From Azolla caroliniana (taxonomy: Eukaryota > Plantae > Polypodiophyta), in contig JBHGNT010000022.1 of assembly GCA_043228905.1 (NCBI GenBank), forward strand, positions 1,488,001 through 1,552,000: a DNA stretch of 64,000 nucleotides, in the 5' to 3' direction. How positions within the stretch are numbered: the stretch's first letter is position 1; every line of letters begins with the position of its first letter. Below the pieces are notes generated by a model. That model worked only from the letters and a program-made list of their open reading frames with translations, did not search any database and was not told the origin of the DNA. The translations under genes were made by a program, and so were the position numbers. This document shows, in pieces, positions 24,825 to 37,800 of the stretch.

Positions 24825-25085
24825 AGGGGCGGGCGGGGATGGTGAGGGGATTGGATTGGCTGGGCGACATGGTAGAACCCGAGAGGGCTGGGAATGGTGA
24901 GGGGATTGGCCTGGCCGGGCGACATGGTAGAACCCGAGACGGCTGGGAATGGCTCCGGGATAGGCCCAGCCGGGCAGCATGGTAGAACCCGAGACGGCCG
25001 GGAATGGCTCCATGATTGGCCCGGCCGGGCGGCCGGGTAGAACCCGAGAGGGCCGGGGATGGCTCCGGGATTTGCCCGGCCGGGC
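24825..25085. repeat. GC-rich 55-bp tandem repeat (~4.5 copies) flanked by (CTT)n and (GA)n
   Basis: GGTAGAACCCGAGA starts at 24871, 24926, 24981 and 25036 (period 55). Confidence 0.85.
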
Positions 25086-25112
25086 TGCAGGATGGATGGA
25101 TGAGAGAGAGAG

Positions 25113-25144
<32 letters not shown>

Positions 25145-25306
25145 CATGGCAGGAGTGTTTTTCTCTGATAAATTTGCCCAGCATCTGCCATGGCGCTCTT
25201 GGAAAGCTTGGAGCTCTTGACTGCCTTCCTCTGCTCCTCCATCCATGAGATCCGTCTCCTGCCTCGTGCTCTCTGGTAAGAACATTTGATCTATGAAGAA
25301 AAAGAA

Positions 25307-25359
<53 letters not shown>

Positions 25360-25729
25360 TCTCTCCCATTTTTTGTTTTCTCTACTCTTTCTGTGAAGGA
25401 TCTGTTCGTTCATTTAGATCTGTTGCACCCCACTCTCTTCTTGTGTTTGTGCGTGAGAATCGATTCAGATCTCTGTTTTTTTTTCTGTGTTTTCGTACCT
25501 TTGATATGGGAAAGATCCATGAGGTGTGCGCTGCTATTGTTTCCTGTCTTCTTCTGCGCGTTTTTCTATCCTTCTACTTAAAGAAGTTCCATCCTTTTTT
25601 CTGAATCTTCTTGACAATGTTGATCATCTTACTTTCTCTCTCTCTCTGCAGAAACTTATCTGTGTCAGAGTTCATGCCATCTTATGGTGCTGTAAAGGAT
25701 AAGTAGATACAGTAACAATAGATAGAAGA

Positions 25730-28700
25730 ATGGAAATATTTCCTGAGAAGGAAGAACATCAAAGAGATACAACTGAAGATGAAGATAAACATGAAGAGCT
25801 GGAAAAGGATGTTGATTCTTCACCCAAATTTGTTCAGCCATCATCTTCAGATGTGAATACAGAGCCTCACGTGCAACCAGAACCACAGACATCAACTGAT
25901 GAAAGAACGGATTCTGGAGTAAGGGCAAACAAATCATCACATTATAAGAAGCATTAAAATTGTTCATTCTTCTGTTCATCGATAGACTGCATACAGTTAA
26001 GGGCAACTTATAGAAACATTATAATGTCTTTTGATCTATGCATTCATAGACTACAGTAAAGGCAAAGGAGCATTAAATTGTTTGTATCACATTTAAGCCT
26101 TGAATAGATTTTTTGCTTTATGCATTTGTAGACCACATTAAGGGAAAATGTTGGCGATTCTTCATCCAAATTTGTTCAGCTGCCATCATCGTCAGATGTG
26201 AATGCAGAGCCTAGAGCACAGCCCGAACCACAGTCATCCAAATTTGTTCAGCTGCCATCATCGTCAGATGCGAATGCGGAGCCTCAAGCACAGCCCGAAC
26301 CACAGTCATCATCGGGTGAAGGAACGAATTCTAGAGTAAGAGGCAAATATGACAGTATAAAGCATTAAATTGCTCGTTCCCTGCATCTATAGGCTACATA
26401 CAGTAAGGCCATGTTATGATATTACAACCATTAAATTAGGTGACATGTTTTCTCGAGAGGTTCTATACCTTCTTGAGTCTGAGTAACTGGATAATATGGG
26501 CATAGAAATGGATATCATACACACATATAGATGGATGGATACAAAACACTCATATTGATACACACATTTAGAATCTCTATAAATGAATAGATATACGTGA
26601 CATAGATAGATACAATATCTTACATGCATATAGATAGAGAGACATTATACATACATACAGGTAGATATGATGTAATCACATAGGCATAACACACACATGT
26701 ATAGATGGGTAGATATGTTAATATCTTACATGCATATAGATAGAGGGACATTATACATACATATGGATAGATATAATGTTGTAATCACATAGGTATAATA
26801 CACACATGTATAAATGGGTAGATATGTATGTCACACATAAATTAGATATAAACATGCCTGTGATTGTGAGCAATGTTTGCATATAAGTCTGAAAGTTGAG
26901 ACTTTTTAAGCCTTTGTACAGGCACCGCTGTTTGGAAATACATTCTATCCTTGGACATTCGATGGTGCAAGATGGAATCCAGAGTTTGTTCCCTGGACAC
27001 CTGATCAAAGTGGCAGGATTCCACCGATGGTTCCTGTTTTATTTCCAGCACCACTACCAGGGTATGCACAGGGCCAAGTAGAGGATCGACGTGTTGGTAA
27101 TGGTGGGATTTTCGCTGTTCCCATTGTTCCAATGTTTGGTCCTTTTGTAGGATATCCTCCTGGTGGGCTCATTCCTGTCTCGTATAACATCCCTCCGCAG
27201 TAAGTTCTCTTTCTCAAGACTACTACATGTAAAGTACATATATTTTTGGAAGACTAATATGTGCAGTACATCCCACGAACAAACACAAAATGACACCATT
27301 AAACTTTATTGTAAGTTTTGCTAGAATACTCATAAAGTTGGAAAGGTTTGAGAGAACTAGATTGGCACATATGCATGGAATGAAACATCCCTACCATGAT
27401 ACATGAGTGATATCCAGATGCAACTTCTCCTTGTTCTGTATTTTATTCGCATGCCCATAGCATATTTTGAAGAACTTAATAAACAAATTTTGTTTGAAAA
27501 TATGACTGAGGATTTTCAACCATGCACTGTTGTCAACGTAGCATGAGATAAAGTAGATGAGCAAATTCCTCGATTTTACCTTTCTTGAATAATAAGACCT
27601 GCTATACTCATAAAGAGAAATGCAAATGCATTCTTGTGTGTTTCACCCTAGCAAAGAATATTTTCATGTTTCTTTGACTTGATTGTGTTCTTGTCATTGT
27701 CCTGAACATTGCCAACTATGGGCCAATTGTCTTCAACATAGAATTCCAGTTTCTATGTTGATGTCTATACCAGCTCAGCTTTAGTGGCTTTAGGAAACGT
27801 GGGAAACCCAATGGTGAATTTGTTTACAGCCTTCCGTTTGCTTTATGTGGTCATTGACCAAGTTTCTAAGGTAGCTTCTGAAGGTCTTTGCTCAACTAGA
27901 TGATTAAGGATATGTAGAGATCAAGCATCAGTTTGCATGGAAGTTTAGGTTCCTTGAGAATGACGCAGATAGAAGAAGGAAACTAATGGGCCAAAAGCTC
28001 TGGGGAAACAATTCTGAAACCAAAGTTCAAAGTTAGAAATGAAAGAGCATATATATAGTAGCGAGCCAACCTGATATGTACACATTCTACAGGAGTTGTC
28101 TGAAAGGAAGAAAACAAGGCAGCGCTATATATGCACATAATGACAATTGTGCATGATTGGTTAAAAAACATCAGTCTGTAAAACAATGTTGATTCGTGAA
28201 TATCATAACTTGGCTGCCCTTATGAATATAAAAAAGACGTAATATTTCAGTGTCTCCTTCCAAATTTTATGCAATTTTAGGTTTTATGGAATGTTTACTT
28301 GACATATATGCATTAAGACAGTTTAAAGTTGGGGTTCGAATTTTGTAAGTGTTCAAGATATCAATGACATCTTGTAGGATGGTTGGTATTGGATATATTG
28401 CTCAAAATATTTCAGGCTTGAATGTTAGATGCAAAGAGTCTTTGGGATCCCCAGTGCTGATTAACACTCAATGAAATATTTAGATATTGGCCAATTGTCT
28501 GAGAATAAGGTCTGGCTTATATGGCTTGAGAAGATCAAAGTTTTCAAGTACATAATCCATTTATAAAACAAATAATGGGTTATTATCAGCATTGTAACAT
28601 TGTGTTAACCACTTCGTTCTTCAGGTGTGGAGAGTGTTTAATCCCCATGATTTGATAACACACAGAAAGAAAAAAGATATTGGCCCATTCCTTGAAAATC

Positions 28701-30282
28701 AGCTTTGTAAAATACATAATCCACTAAAGGAATATACTCGGTTATTTTCAATATTTTCTGACATTGTATTATGCATTTAGCATGTTGTAAAATGTTTCTT
28801 TGATTTATCAGGAGTTTACCTGGCATTGGAACACCATCTTCGGCACCTCAATCATCTGAAAGAGCTTTGCCTGGACAAGCTCCACAGGAGGTTCAAGGAG
28901 TAGAACCACCACTAATCGTTCCTCATATTGGACAAGCACAGAGGCTAGATGGGCAAAGACCTATTGTTCGCAGGTTTCATGTTGCATTCCAGATAGATTT
29001 GCTGTTGATCCTCAAGCTGGCCGTGGTTGTCTTTATTTTTAATCAAGATGGTTCGAAAGACAGGCTTTTCCTACTGCTATTCCTTGCTGGTCTTGTTTAT
29101 TTGTAAGTTAATTTAAAACTGATTGTTTTTTAACATTAATCATAAATTATTTAGATGATTGAACATTGAGCCATAAACGATTCTTTATCTTTAGTAATTT
29201 AAAACATTGATGATAAATCATTGTGATGTGTCCAGGTATCAAACAGGAGCACTCACTCCCTTTTTACGCTGGCTTTCACAAAGTGCACAGCGGGCTATGA
29301 TGCCACCTCAGCCACAACAGCCAGTGCATCCTGTACCACCAGCAGGTATGAGTTTAGGTGTTGACGGATCAATGTATGTATGAACCAGTTGTCTATGCAT
29401 ATTTTTATGGAAGTAGAAGTAATTTAACATGTAGTGTTTTATGAGAATACACAACTATCTTAGGAGTTAATTACGCTGGGCATAGTCTGAGGGCTATGCT
29501 TTGGAGGAAGACCTATTGTTTGTGGTTTACATGGAGGGATAGTTATCATTAGATGGCGTTTTTCTTCTTCTCTATTCTTATACATGCTTAATGCATGGAT
29601 TACCACCATATTAGTGGTAGTCAATGACTTAATCATCCATATTATGCACATCATCAAATTTGAAAATATGACCCAACCATTGCTGGGTGGAGCATAGGGT
29701 CACTCAACTTAAGGATATACGAATCCTTGTATATTGCTATTGGTAATTGTTCATTTCTAACTATCTGAATATGCTTCATAAAATCCCCATCGTGCAACCT
29801 CAAACAAGAATGGAAATATGCTACAAACACTGAAGGCTAACCGCTTCTAAATATGCTTCATAAAAAGTTACTACTCCCATTCTCATCCATTCAATTGAAT
29901 CCATAAGACATCAATTTACTTAGGCCATGCATCACAATCATACCTTGTACATAAAGTCTTGTTTAATCAATCATGCTTATCAGCTTATTTACATAATTAG
30001 GAGAGTGATTCTAAAAAATAAGTCCACACTATGCCAGATGCAAGAGTGGGAGCTCAAGTTCAAGGGGAGAATGCAGCAGCAAATGGGCAACCACCAGTTG
30101 AGGCTCTTATTGGACCACCAGGAGATGATCAAGTTGCACCTGTTGGTGGTGGTGTTGCTGGAGAGGAAGCTCGGCGACAACCTCTTGGACACGCTTGGTG
30201 GGGTTTTCTCAAGGAAATACAAATGCTTGTAGTTGGGTTTGTCACATCACTCCTTCCAGGTTTCCATCAACATATAGATTGA
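25730..30282 (+). CDS. EBS7: EBS7-like ER membrane protein (plant ERAD component); 6 coding exons
   Basis: Exons 25730-25918, 26132-26335, 26922-27199, 28812-29102, 29236-29345 and 30038-30282 join in frame with GT-AG borders. Motifs RRFHVAFQIDLLLILKLA...FNQDGS...YLYQTGAL and WWGFLKEIQMLVVGFVTSLLPGF resemble Arabidopsis EBS7 as recalled. Confidence 0.78.
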
Positions 30283-30439
30283 TTTTCAAGCGTCTACAAT
30301 CATGTTGATTCCTAGAACTTTCCATTAAACATAATGAGTAGTCTTTTTCACATCTTGAGCTGAGTATATGCTGATAAGAGGGATTTTTCATGGGTGATCA
30401 AGAAAATGGTTTGATAACTTTTTTTATTATTATATTAAC

Positions 30440-31300
30440 GACATAGGAGGATTTTGCACAGAACGAGGGCAGTTACCACAAAGTAACTATTATGTTATAT
30501 GGTTTATTCTATTGATTGGAGTTCTTATGTACTTAATCTGATGAGAGAGGATTTAGAATTTGCAAGAGCTCAGTCTTAGTTTATACTTCTTTATTCTGTT
30601 AGCAGAGATATATATGCATTATTGGTTTTCAGATATTATAAAGATGAGTAAACCAGAAAATGTTTGGTCCTGGTGTAAAAGATGTAAATGACCATCGTAT
30701 TCCTTAGAAACATGGATTCTATTAAAGTCAGGTTGGTCAAATTGGTCAAAATATCAACAATAGATGCTGCAAAGCTACAAACAATGGAGATATGTGAAAT
30801 TATTCAAAAATTTCTATGAAACAATCAAAGCTATCTCAATGGCCAGCTTAATCTCAATTAGTAGGTGTCTAATCTTCTTTGCCACTTGAATACCCTTTCC
30901 TCTACAATCTACAGATGGATCTCAACCTTGCATTTATAATTTTGAAATTAATCATGCCTAAAATTTATCCGCAAATAGTTTCACCTCTATTGTAATTTGA
31001 TTTATGCGTACAAGTGGTGTGGTAAATAGTTCGTTTGGTAAACTGAAGCCCTTTGCACTCCAACATACAACATCTTTCATTTCATTGAAGCCCTTTGGTC
31101 TTGAGAAAGGTGGAGCAAGGTTTAGACATTTGAGAGGTGAATAGACATTGAAGGAATATCAGTATGAGGAAGGAAAATAGACCTTGTAGGTCAATGGTAT
31201 TAAGGAAATAATGTTCTAAATGGCATTATCATGTGCAAAAGAGCAAGTGCTGTTACAAATGAAGAATTGCATTTTTGCACACTTCTATAATGTATGTATA
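30440..31300 (+). mobile_element. Possible highly decayed PIF/Harbinger transposase remnant
   Basis: Scattered, frameshifted motif echoes in the expected order (GF...QLP, VVNSSFGKLK, ARFRHL, CIF..H). No ORF or TIR found. Confidence 0.3.
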
Positions 31301-32224
31301 GCATTATTATTGCATGGAGAAGCAATAGATCAAATTTAGCTATCCAAGATTGAATCATTTGAAAAAATCAATTATAATTTGCAATGGGTGTAATGTTATA
31401 TTTGAGGATATATTACCATCATAGACTATAGTAATTAAACCAAGATTTTTTTAGATTTTGATGTAGTGATTTGAGACATTTGAGATTTCAACAAATGATG
31501 AATGGATGTTATGTTGCCATAGAAGATTGCGTTGTACGATATTGAATGTTTAAGGTTGTGAAAGCTATATATTATTGTTGGACACATTCAAAGCTCAGAT
31601 TTAGCTCAACCACATTCTTGAGTCTAATGGATATTAACCTACCTTGTTGATCTTGAGAACATCTACAATAAAGAAACCTAACAAATAGTTGTGAGTGAAG
31701 GCCATGAATATCTTGGTGTTGGCACACACTGAAAAGCTCATGTATTTCTTGATGTAGAATTTGGGCATGCCCATAATATTGTCAAAAGGTACACCACAAT
31801 ATGAATGATAAACATTTGATGGCCTAAAATGAGCAAGATGTGGACACTCTCAAGCCAAAATGCATGGAAACACTTTTAAATACAAATAACATTGGATGAA
31901 AATGCTTGACCAAATATGAAATATAGTACAAGTTAAAATCGGCATACAAAATCTTCTCCGATTAAGTGTCATTAGAGATCTTATAATAAGTGAATGGACG
32001 CCTTGTGCTTGAAAATAAACCTGGTTCAAGACTATTTTCCTACACACTTTTCACACACATAGGGTAGCATTGAAAAGGAGTATAAAAACACTAGATTAGG
32101 GAAAGGTTGAATTTTATTGGTTGATTTTCAAAACAAGCCTAGAATGCTTGTGATAAACATGGTTTACATATGATGCCCCCTCCCCCCCCCCAATCCTCGA
32201 ACCACTCTATGTGGTTAGGTGGGG

Positions 32225-32950
32225 CTAGAGGCTTAGGGGCATATTACCAAAAAGGTAGAAGCAAGTGACAAAGTAGACATAGCCGGAAGTAGACTTGGGG
32301 CAAAAGGAGGAGTGGTCGGATACTTGGGATAGACATTTGCGACACGCAGAAGGCGAAAGGTAGGGGAGGCATTGCGTGATGGCATAAGCCGATCCAACAC
32401 GCGATGAGTTAAACAGGAGGTGTGAACGGGGAGCGGCGCGGGCCGCTAGGCGGAGGGCGGACGTTAGGTTGGATTGATACGAAGAGGATGATGTTATGTT
32501 TGATGGCAAGGAACAGTTAAGTGTAACAAGTGTGAAGTCTTGGGTGGTGGTGAAGGGCGCGTTCTCGTAACGAAGGTAACAAGCCTTGTATTGTACACGC
32601 GTACCAATGGCGAGTCCGCAAGGAGGGGTCCCGACGATTTGGGTCACACATGAGGAGCATTGTGCCAAGGACGCGTCCCCACGGCATTGGTACATAGAAT
32701 AGACAAAGGAACTGTTGGGCTCCTTTTTGGGCACCGCGTTGTAATAACCAAACAAGCTTTGCTTCGACTTGCCCACAAGTGTTCCGATGGCCGTGTTCAC
32801 ATTGATGGCGAAAGAGCTATTGGGCTCATAGTTTTGTGTATTGCAAAGACCGTACACGTAGTCATTGGGCTTCCCTTGCACCACAACCCCGAAGATTAGG
32901 ACAATGATCATGGCCACCGTCGCCATTGTCACTCCTTTCATCTCCACCAT
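32225..32950 (-). CDS. Secreted cysteine-rich repeat protein with two DUF26/Gnk2 domains (CRRSP-like)
   Basis: Intronless 241-aa ORF with a hydrophobic signal peptide and two C-X8-C-X2-C motifs (CRGDASLAQCSSC, CLPYLSPSACRKC) plus CYLRYE. No transmembrane or kinase domain. Confidence 0.9.
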   Translation of the reverse strand: MVEMKGVTMATVAMIIVLIFGVVVQGKPNDYVYGLCNTQNYEPNSSFAINVNTAIGTLVGKSKQSLFGYYNAVPKKEPNSSFVYSMYQCRGDASLAQCSSCVTQIVGTPPCGLAIGTRVQYKACYLRYENAPFTTTQDFTLVTLNCSLPSNITSSSSYQSNLTSALRLAARAAPRSHLLFNSSRVGSAYAITQCLPYLSPSACRKCLSQVSDHSSFCPKSTSGYVYFVTCFYLFGNMPLSL

Positions 32951-34898
32951 TCTTTCCTAAATGATGATTGTGGTCTTCCAACCAATTCTCTTCTATCACC
33001 TCATCATTTTACATGTGCCCCTTTATCTCACCCTCCCCCCCCCCCCCCAAAGCTTAAGAGCTCTTTCTTTTTTTGCCAATACATCAATGGCCCCTCTGCC
33101 TATCACCTATTATTCCTTTGGAAGAGAAATTAAAAAATTCACGAAACCCAGCAACATGTGTTCACTTTATCTTATTCGTGTCGGGTCCATTTGGATGGTT
33201 TCACAAGTCTAAAAGTCCTCATAGTTTATTGATTGTAAAATAAAAGGAAAATTAGATAAAGTTAACTTGGCTTAATAATTATACCAAGGAGAATATGTTC
33301 TTAACAATGGCATTGCCATTCCTCATTAATGCCACATTTTTCACACACGATATTGCATTTTGATTGAAATTTATGAATGTTTTTCTCCCAATCATCATAG
33401 CATTAGTTTTTTCGGCAAATTTTCCTACATCTTTTTGAGAAGAACATTATTCTATGCATCCTTGAGATGCAATAAACAATGCATGGATATTGTTTCATGC
33501 TAAGAAAAATTCTTTAATATTCAATAAACACATCAAAGTGTAGTGTTTTGAAACTTGATTTGTTCATTCTTTCTGATGATCTTCCATGTAATTTTGTTTG
33601 TTTCTCTCTACAAGCTCAATTATTCAATGCTCTTATGAATTGCTATTCAATCATCACCGCTTATCATCCTAAAAGACAATTCTCCAAAATCTTCTAAAAT
33701 GAGATCTACTTGGATTTTGAGTGGGAAGAAAGTTATTTGTTTATGGACTACTGCATCAATAACTGTTTGTTTTTGGACTAGTGTGGAAAAATTAGTACAT
33801 CAATATTCTTTGGACCACAATCTAGTAGTGCCTGTAATCATTGGGTTGCACAATGTGGCTTTACTGCTTCAACATACCTAATTGTGATGCATAATTTTTT
33901 TAAGTCATACACAAATTTTAACCCAAACAAAATCATTGACTGGAGAAGAAAAACTTGCATGATTAGCTCACTTTATATCGATTCAAGTGTGGCTAACCAG
34001 CACTATCTGTTATCCATGTAATAATAAAATCTTTATATAAGTGGCATACATCAAAGCTAACTATCCATGTGTACTCATAGTCGACAGCTACATTCTGGAG
34101 AATGGGAAGGATAGAATTACAACCACGATCTGGCTGGGTTACACCCATGAGAAATAATTCCCTCATTCAGTATCTAGGATCTTTGTTGGGTGGATAATAT
34201 TTAGTTTTCTGATAAATGTCACAAGTTTCAAATAATCCTAGTGGGGTTCGTGGATAATACAAATATCCAAGAAGACTGCAGAATGAAGAGGTTTGAAATA
34301 CAAATGCAATACATTCATAGCTCGGACATAAACAAAAAATGTGATATCACAACAATATAGTGCAGCAACAATTCAAATGCTTATTGCAAGGGCACCAAGT
34401 ACCTAAGCTTTAATTAATATTTTATTCAATCCTAAGGCTTCTGATCAAACAAAGCCAAATTGACATCTCTATGAGTCACAAGATCTTAGGTTAATACATC
34501 TTGCTTGTATGGCATCATAACTCTAAATTTAACCATTATACATCAGTATGATTAAGAGTGCTTTTGAACCTTTCACATATGGCTGATGTTATCTTTAGAC
34601 TTCACAAACACCTTCCTCATAGAAATGAGTTTGTGTGCCCTCTAGCCTCTTTGATACCTAACCTTACATGTAAGGCGATCATAGATCTTTTACGACATCA
34701 TAATGATTTATGGTTAGTTTCAACCTCCTCACAAGGTTTAGGCTTCTTGATTTAGGTGGAGAAAATGTAATGTACATATATATCTTGCTTTTTAGTGCAG
34801 GAAGTTTAGGGTTCTTGATCTTTTTAAAACAGGACGTTTTTTAGTTTTTCCCCTGTTTTGGTTTACCACAAATTACAGTCTTCACCCTCAAACAGCCT

Positions 34899-37800
34899 TC
34901 ATGATGTTAACGTTCTCAATGCAAAAGAGCATGCCTCTGATACAGAATTCAAAAGCCTCCTTTGACTATTTTTGTAAGAAATTGCCAAATCTACATCCCA
35001 TGTTGATCCTTCTTCATCGTTTTCACTGAAAAATAGAGAAAAAAAACAGTGGCATTAGTAACTCTCCACTCAATCTTTAAGGAACATTTCAAGCTCACAA
35101 AAATTACAAAAAAATCGCTAGGCGTTCATGAGTTGATGGTGGAAATCATGTGAAAAGTTGGGTATCTTACAAAAACTCTCCGAGGGAATCCTCCATGTTG
35201 CTCACAATGGATAAAAGACATTCCAATGCGTTTACGTCATTTGTTTCATTCACCTACACATACAGAAACCTTTATCACTCTCTTTCAAATTTTGTAACAT
35301 ATATTCCATTTAAGCACTTTCATAATAGCATTGATTTCTTCAATATGAAGGCCAACTACATGTTCTTTGTGCCAACGTCTCTCCACTAACTAGTTATAAT
35401 GAGAGAGCAGTACAACAGAAGATGATCATAGTCTTTTTTTATTCTTTGCATATCATTGATCCCTGGGATAACATAGGATCCCTAAATAGAGAACCCACTA
35501 CCAACCAAACTATTCCCTTATGCCTGCAGTTAGACTCTAGTCTCTGACAGTTCCATGAATGCCCGTGATTAATATAGACTACATAGTTTACCCAAAATCC
35601 TCAGACGTGGGGTTATATAGGGACAAGCAAATTACAAGATAGATAAATGTGACGATTCAAGAAAGCCAAACTTTAGTGGGGATAGGGACAAACTATCATG
35701 CTCAAAGAGATCGAACCACAAGGGGAAGCACGTAACAATCAATGAGGCACCAAGATTGGGATAGCCCTGGGCCATGGTGCTTCTGAGTGAATAATTCTGG
35801 TCAAAATCAATCCTAGTCAGTGTAGTTATTCCTTTTTAGTTAGTAGCTTGAGATTATATCTTTACCTTCTTGTAACGAGGTATTATAGATAATTGTTTCA
35901 CTTCATCTTCCTCCATGAGAGCAATACGCAGAGCTGCTAGCAAGCGTGTTGGCAATCCAAATGGACTCAGATGACTTGTTGAAAACCAACATCCACGTAT
36001 CATGTGAGAATTCCCTAATTTCCACTTGTCAAGCAGTGAAGATATATCAGAATCATCTGAGAAGTCAAGATCTGTTATACAACAGTAGAAGTCAAATTTT
36101 TTAACATAAAACCATGATTGTTTAATATGTGATAGGGAAAAAGACATACCAATAGGAAGAATATCAAAAGGATTTTTGTCTAGTATGAAACCATAGAATG
36201 TTAACAAATGTGAATTGGATAAAGACCCATAATTCAGAAAACACTGTTCTCCACTTTTGCATGGCCTCACCGAACTTAAAATCAGTTTTCCAGTTGACCA
36301 ATCAATCTTGCTAAAACGTGTGATGTGAGGACAAAGCTGAAAAATAAGGATAGCCTTCTTTATAGCAAATAATGAACTCCTGAAATTACAAGTTTCAGAC
36401 ATACACAAAAATAAATGAGAGCACAGCCATACCCCATGATTTAGCAACCCTAGTATCGGCACTAAGCTTGTTTTGATTGTGTCATCTGGAAATAAAATCT
36501 TCAGCCCATTTGAATACCAAAGCTCACATGCCCATAAAAACTTGTCCCAGGTATAATGCTCTTTCAGAAACATGTCTGGGTAAAGATTACTCAAAGACGG
36601 AAACAAAGTGTCATACTGAGACCGAAGATGCTGTAAAAAAACCAAAAGATATTAAAGTGAGCGCTAGTCACAGAGAAGGCATCTTCAGTGGAAGTTTTTA
36701 TGCAATACATTGAAGGATACATTTATGAAAAACATTCATTACCATAAATTGCAATCAGAGATAGATTATTTGTCTTTTTTTTATTAACCTCAAGGTTTTG
36801 TTTCTTCATTTTTCATGTTCGAAAAGTCATGAAATTATTCAAATATTGTTTTCATCTATCAACTACATGTAATAATTCTTTAATGCTCCAAACAATAACC
36901 TAGCTTAAACCCCATTTAATGTGATTTTTACCTCTCTAGCCTGCAATATCTCTTCAAACACCACAGTGCCCTCCAGAGTTTTAAGGGATGAGATTCCAAA
37001 ACTTAATCCTACAAAAGAAGTTCAGGAAGACAATATTAGATGTCTCCCTGGGAAAGAATGCTCAATTCACAACTTATTCTATTTTACTAACCAGTATTAA
37101 AAGAATCAGGTAGTGATGCAAAATATGGTGCGAATCTTGATAATGGATTATGCCTCTCCTTCATGCTCCACAATAAAGCCATGGTTTCTCCACTGACTTC
37201 CTTGAAATCTCGCAAAACTGTATACTGATATTAAAATTTACACGTCAATCCTAGATATACCAATTAATATAATTTTGTTCTAAATCATTTCTGGAATTAC
37301 CACACTTCAATCATGTTTACGCATCAAGTATTCACGTAAAAAAACCTCCCTATACAGTAGAGATGGAGCATAAAACATGCCTCTCCTTCATGCTCCATAT
37401 CAACAACTTCCAACGTGCAAAGGCATATGAAAAGGCGTTTTAGGTATAAATTGATTAGATATCAACCCCACTATGGCCACATCCTAAACAAAACAGCAAG
37501 AGGCGTTTTTGCATTTTTCTGTGTCATGATACATTTAAGACTGTACAGTTACAAGCGTTCTATATATATGGTTAGAGACAAGATGAGTAATAAACTCTTT
37601 CTAGTATCAGTAAAGGTCATAAAAAAGCGTTCTATATATGGTTAGAGACAAGATGGCTAAAAACAAACATGTTGGTATTATCATTCCATCCTGGGCTCTG
37701 ATCCCCCAATAGATGTCAGACAAGAAATTTCACCTCATCTTACATGAAATCAACCTCTAAACATCTTGTCACTTCTGGAAAGCAGTAGGCTCATGATTCC

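Noticed and set aside
24534-25604. Several 100-200 aa ORFs on both strands
   Set aside because: They arise from CTT/GA microsatellites and the 55-bp GC-rich repeat.
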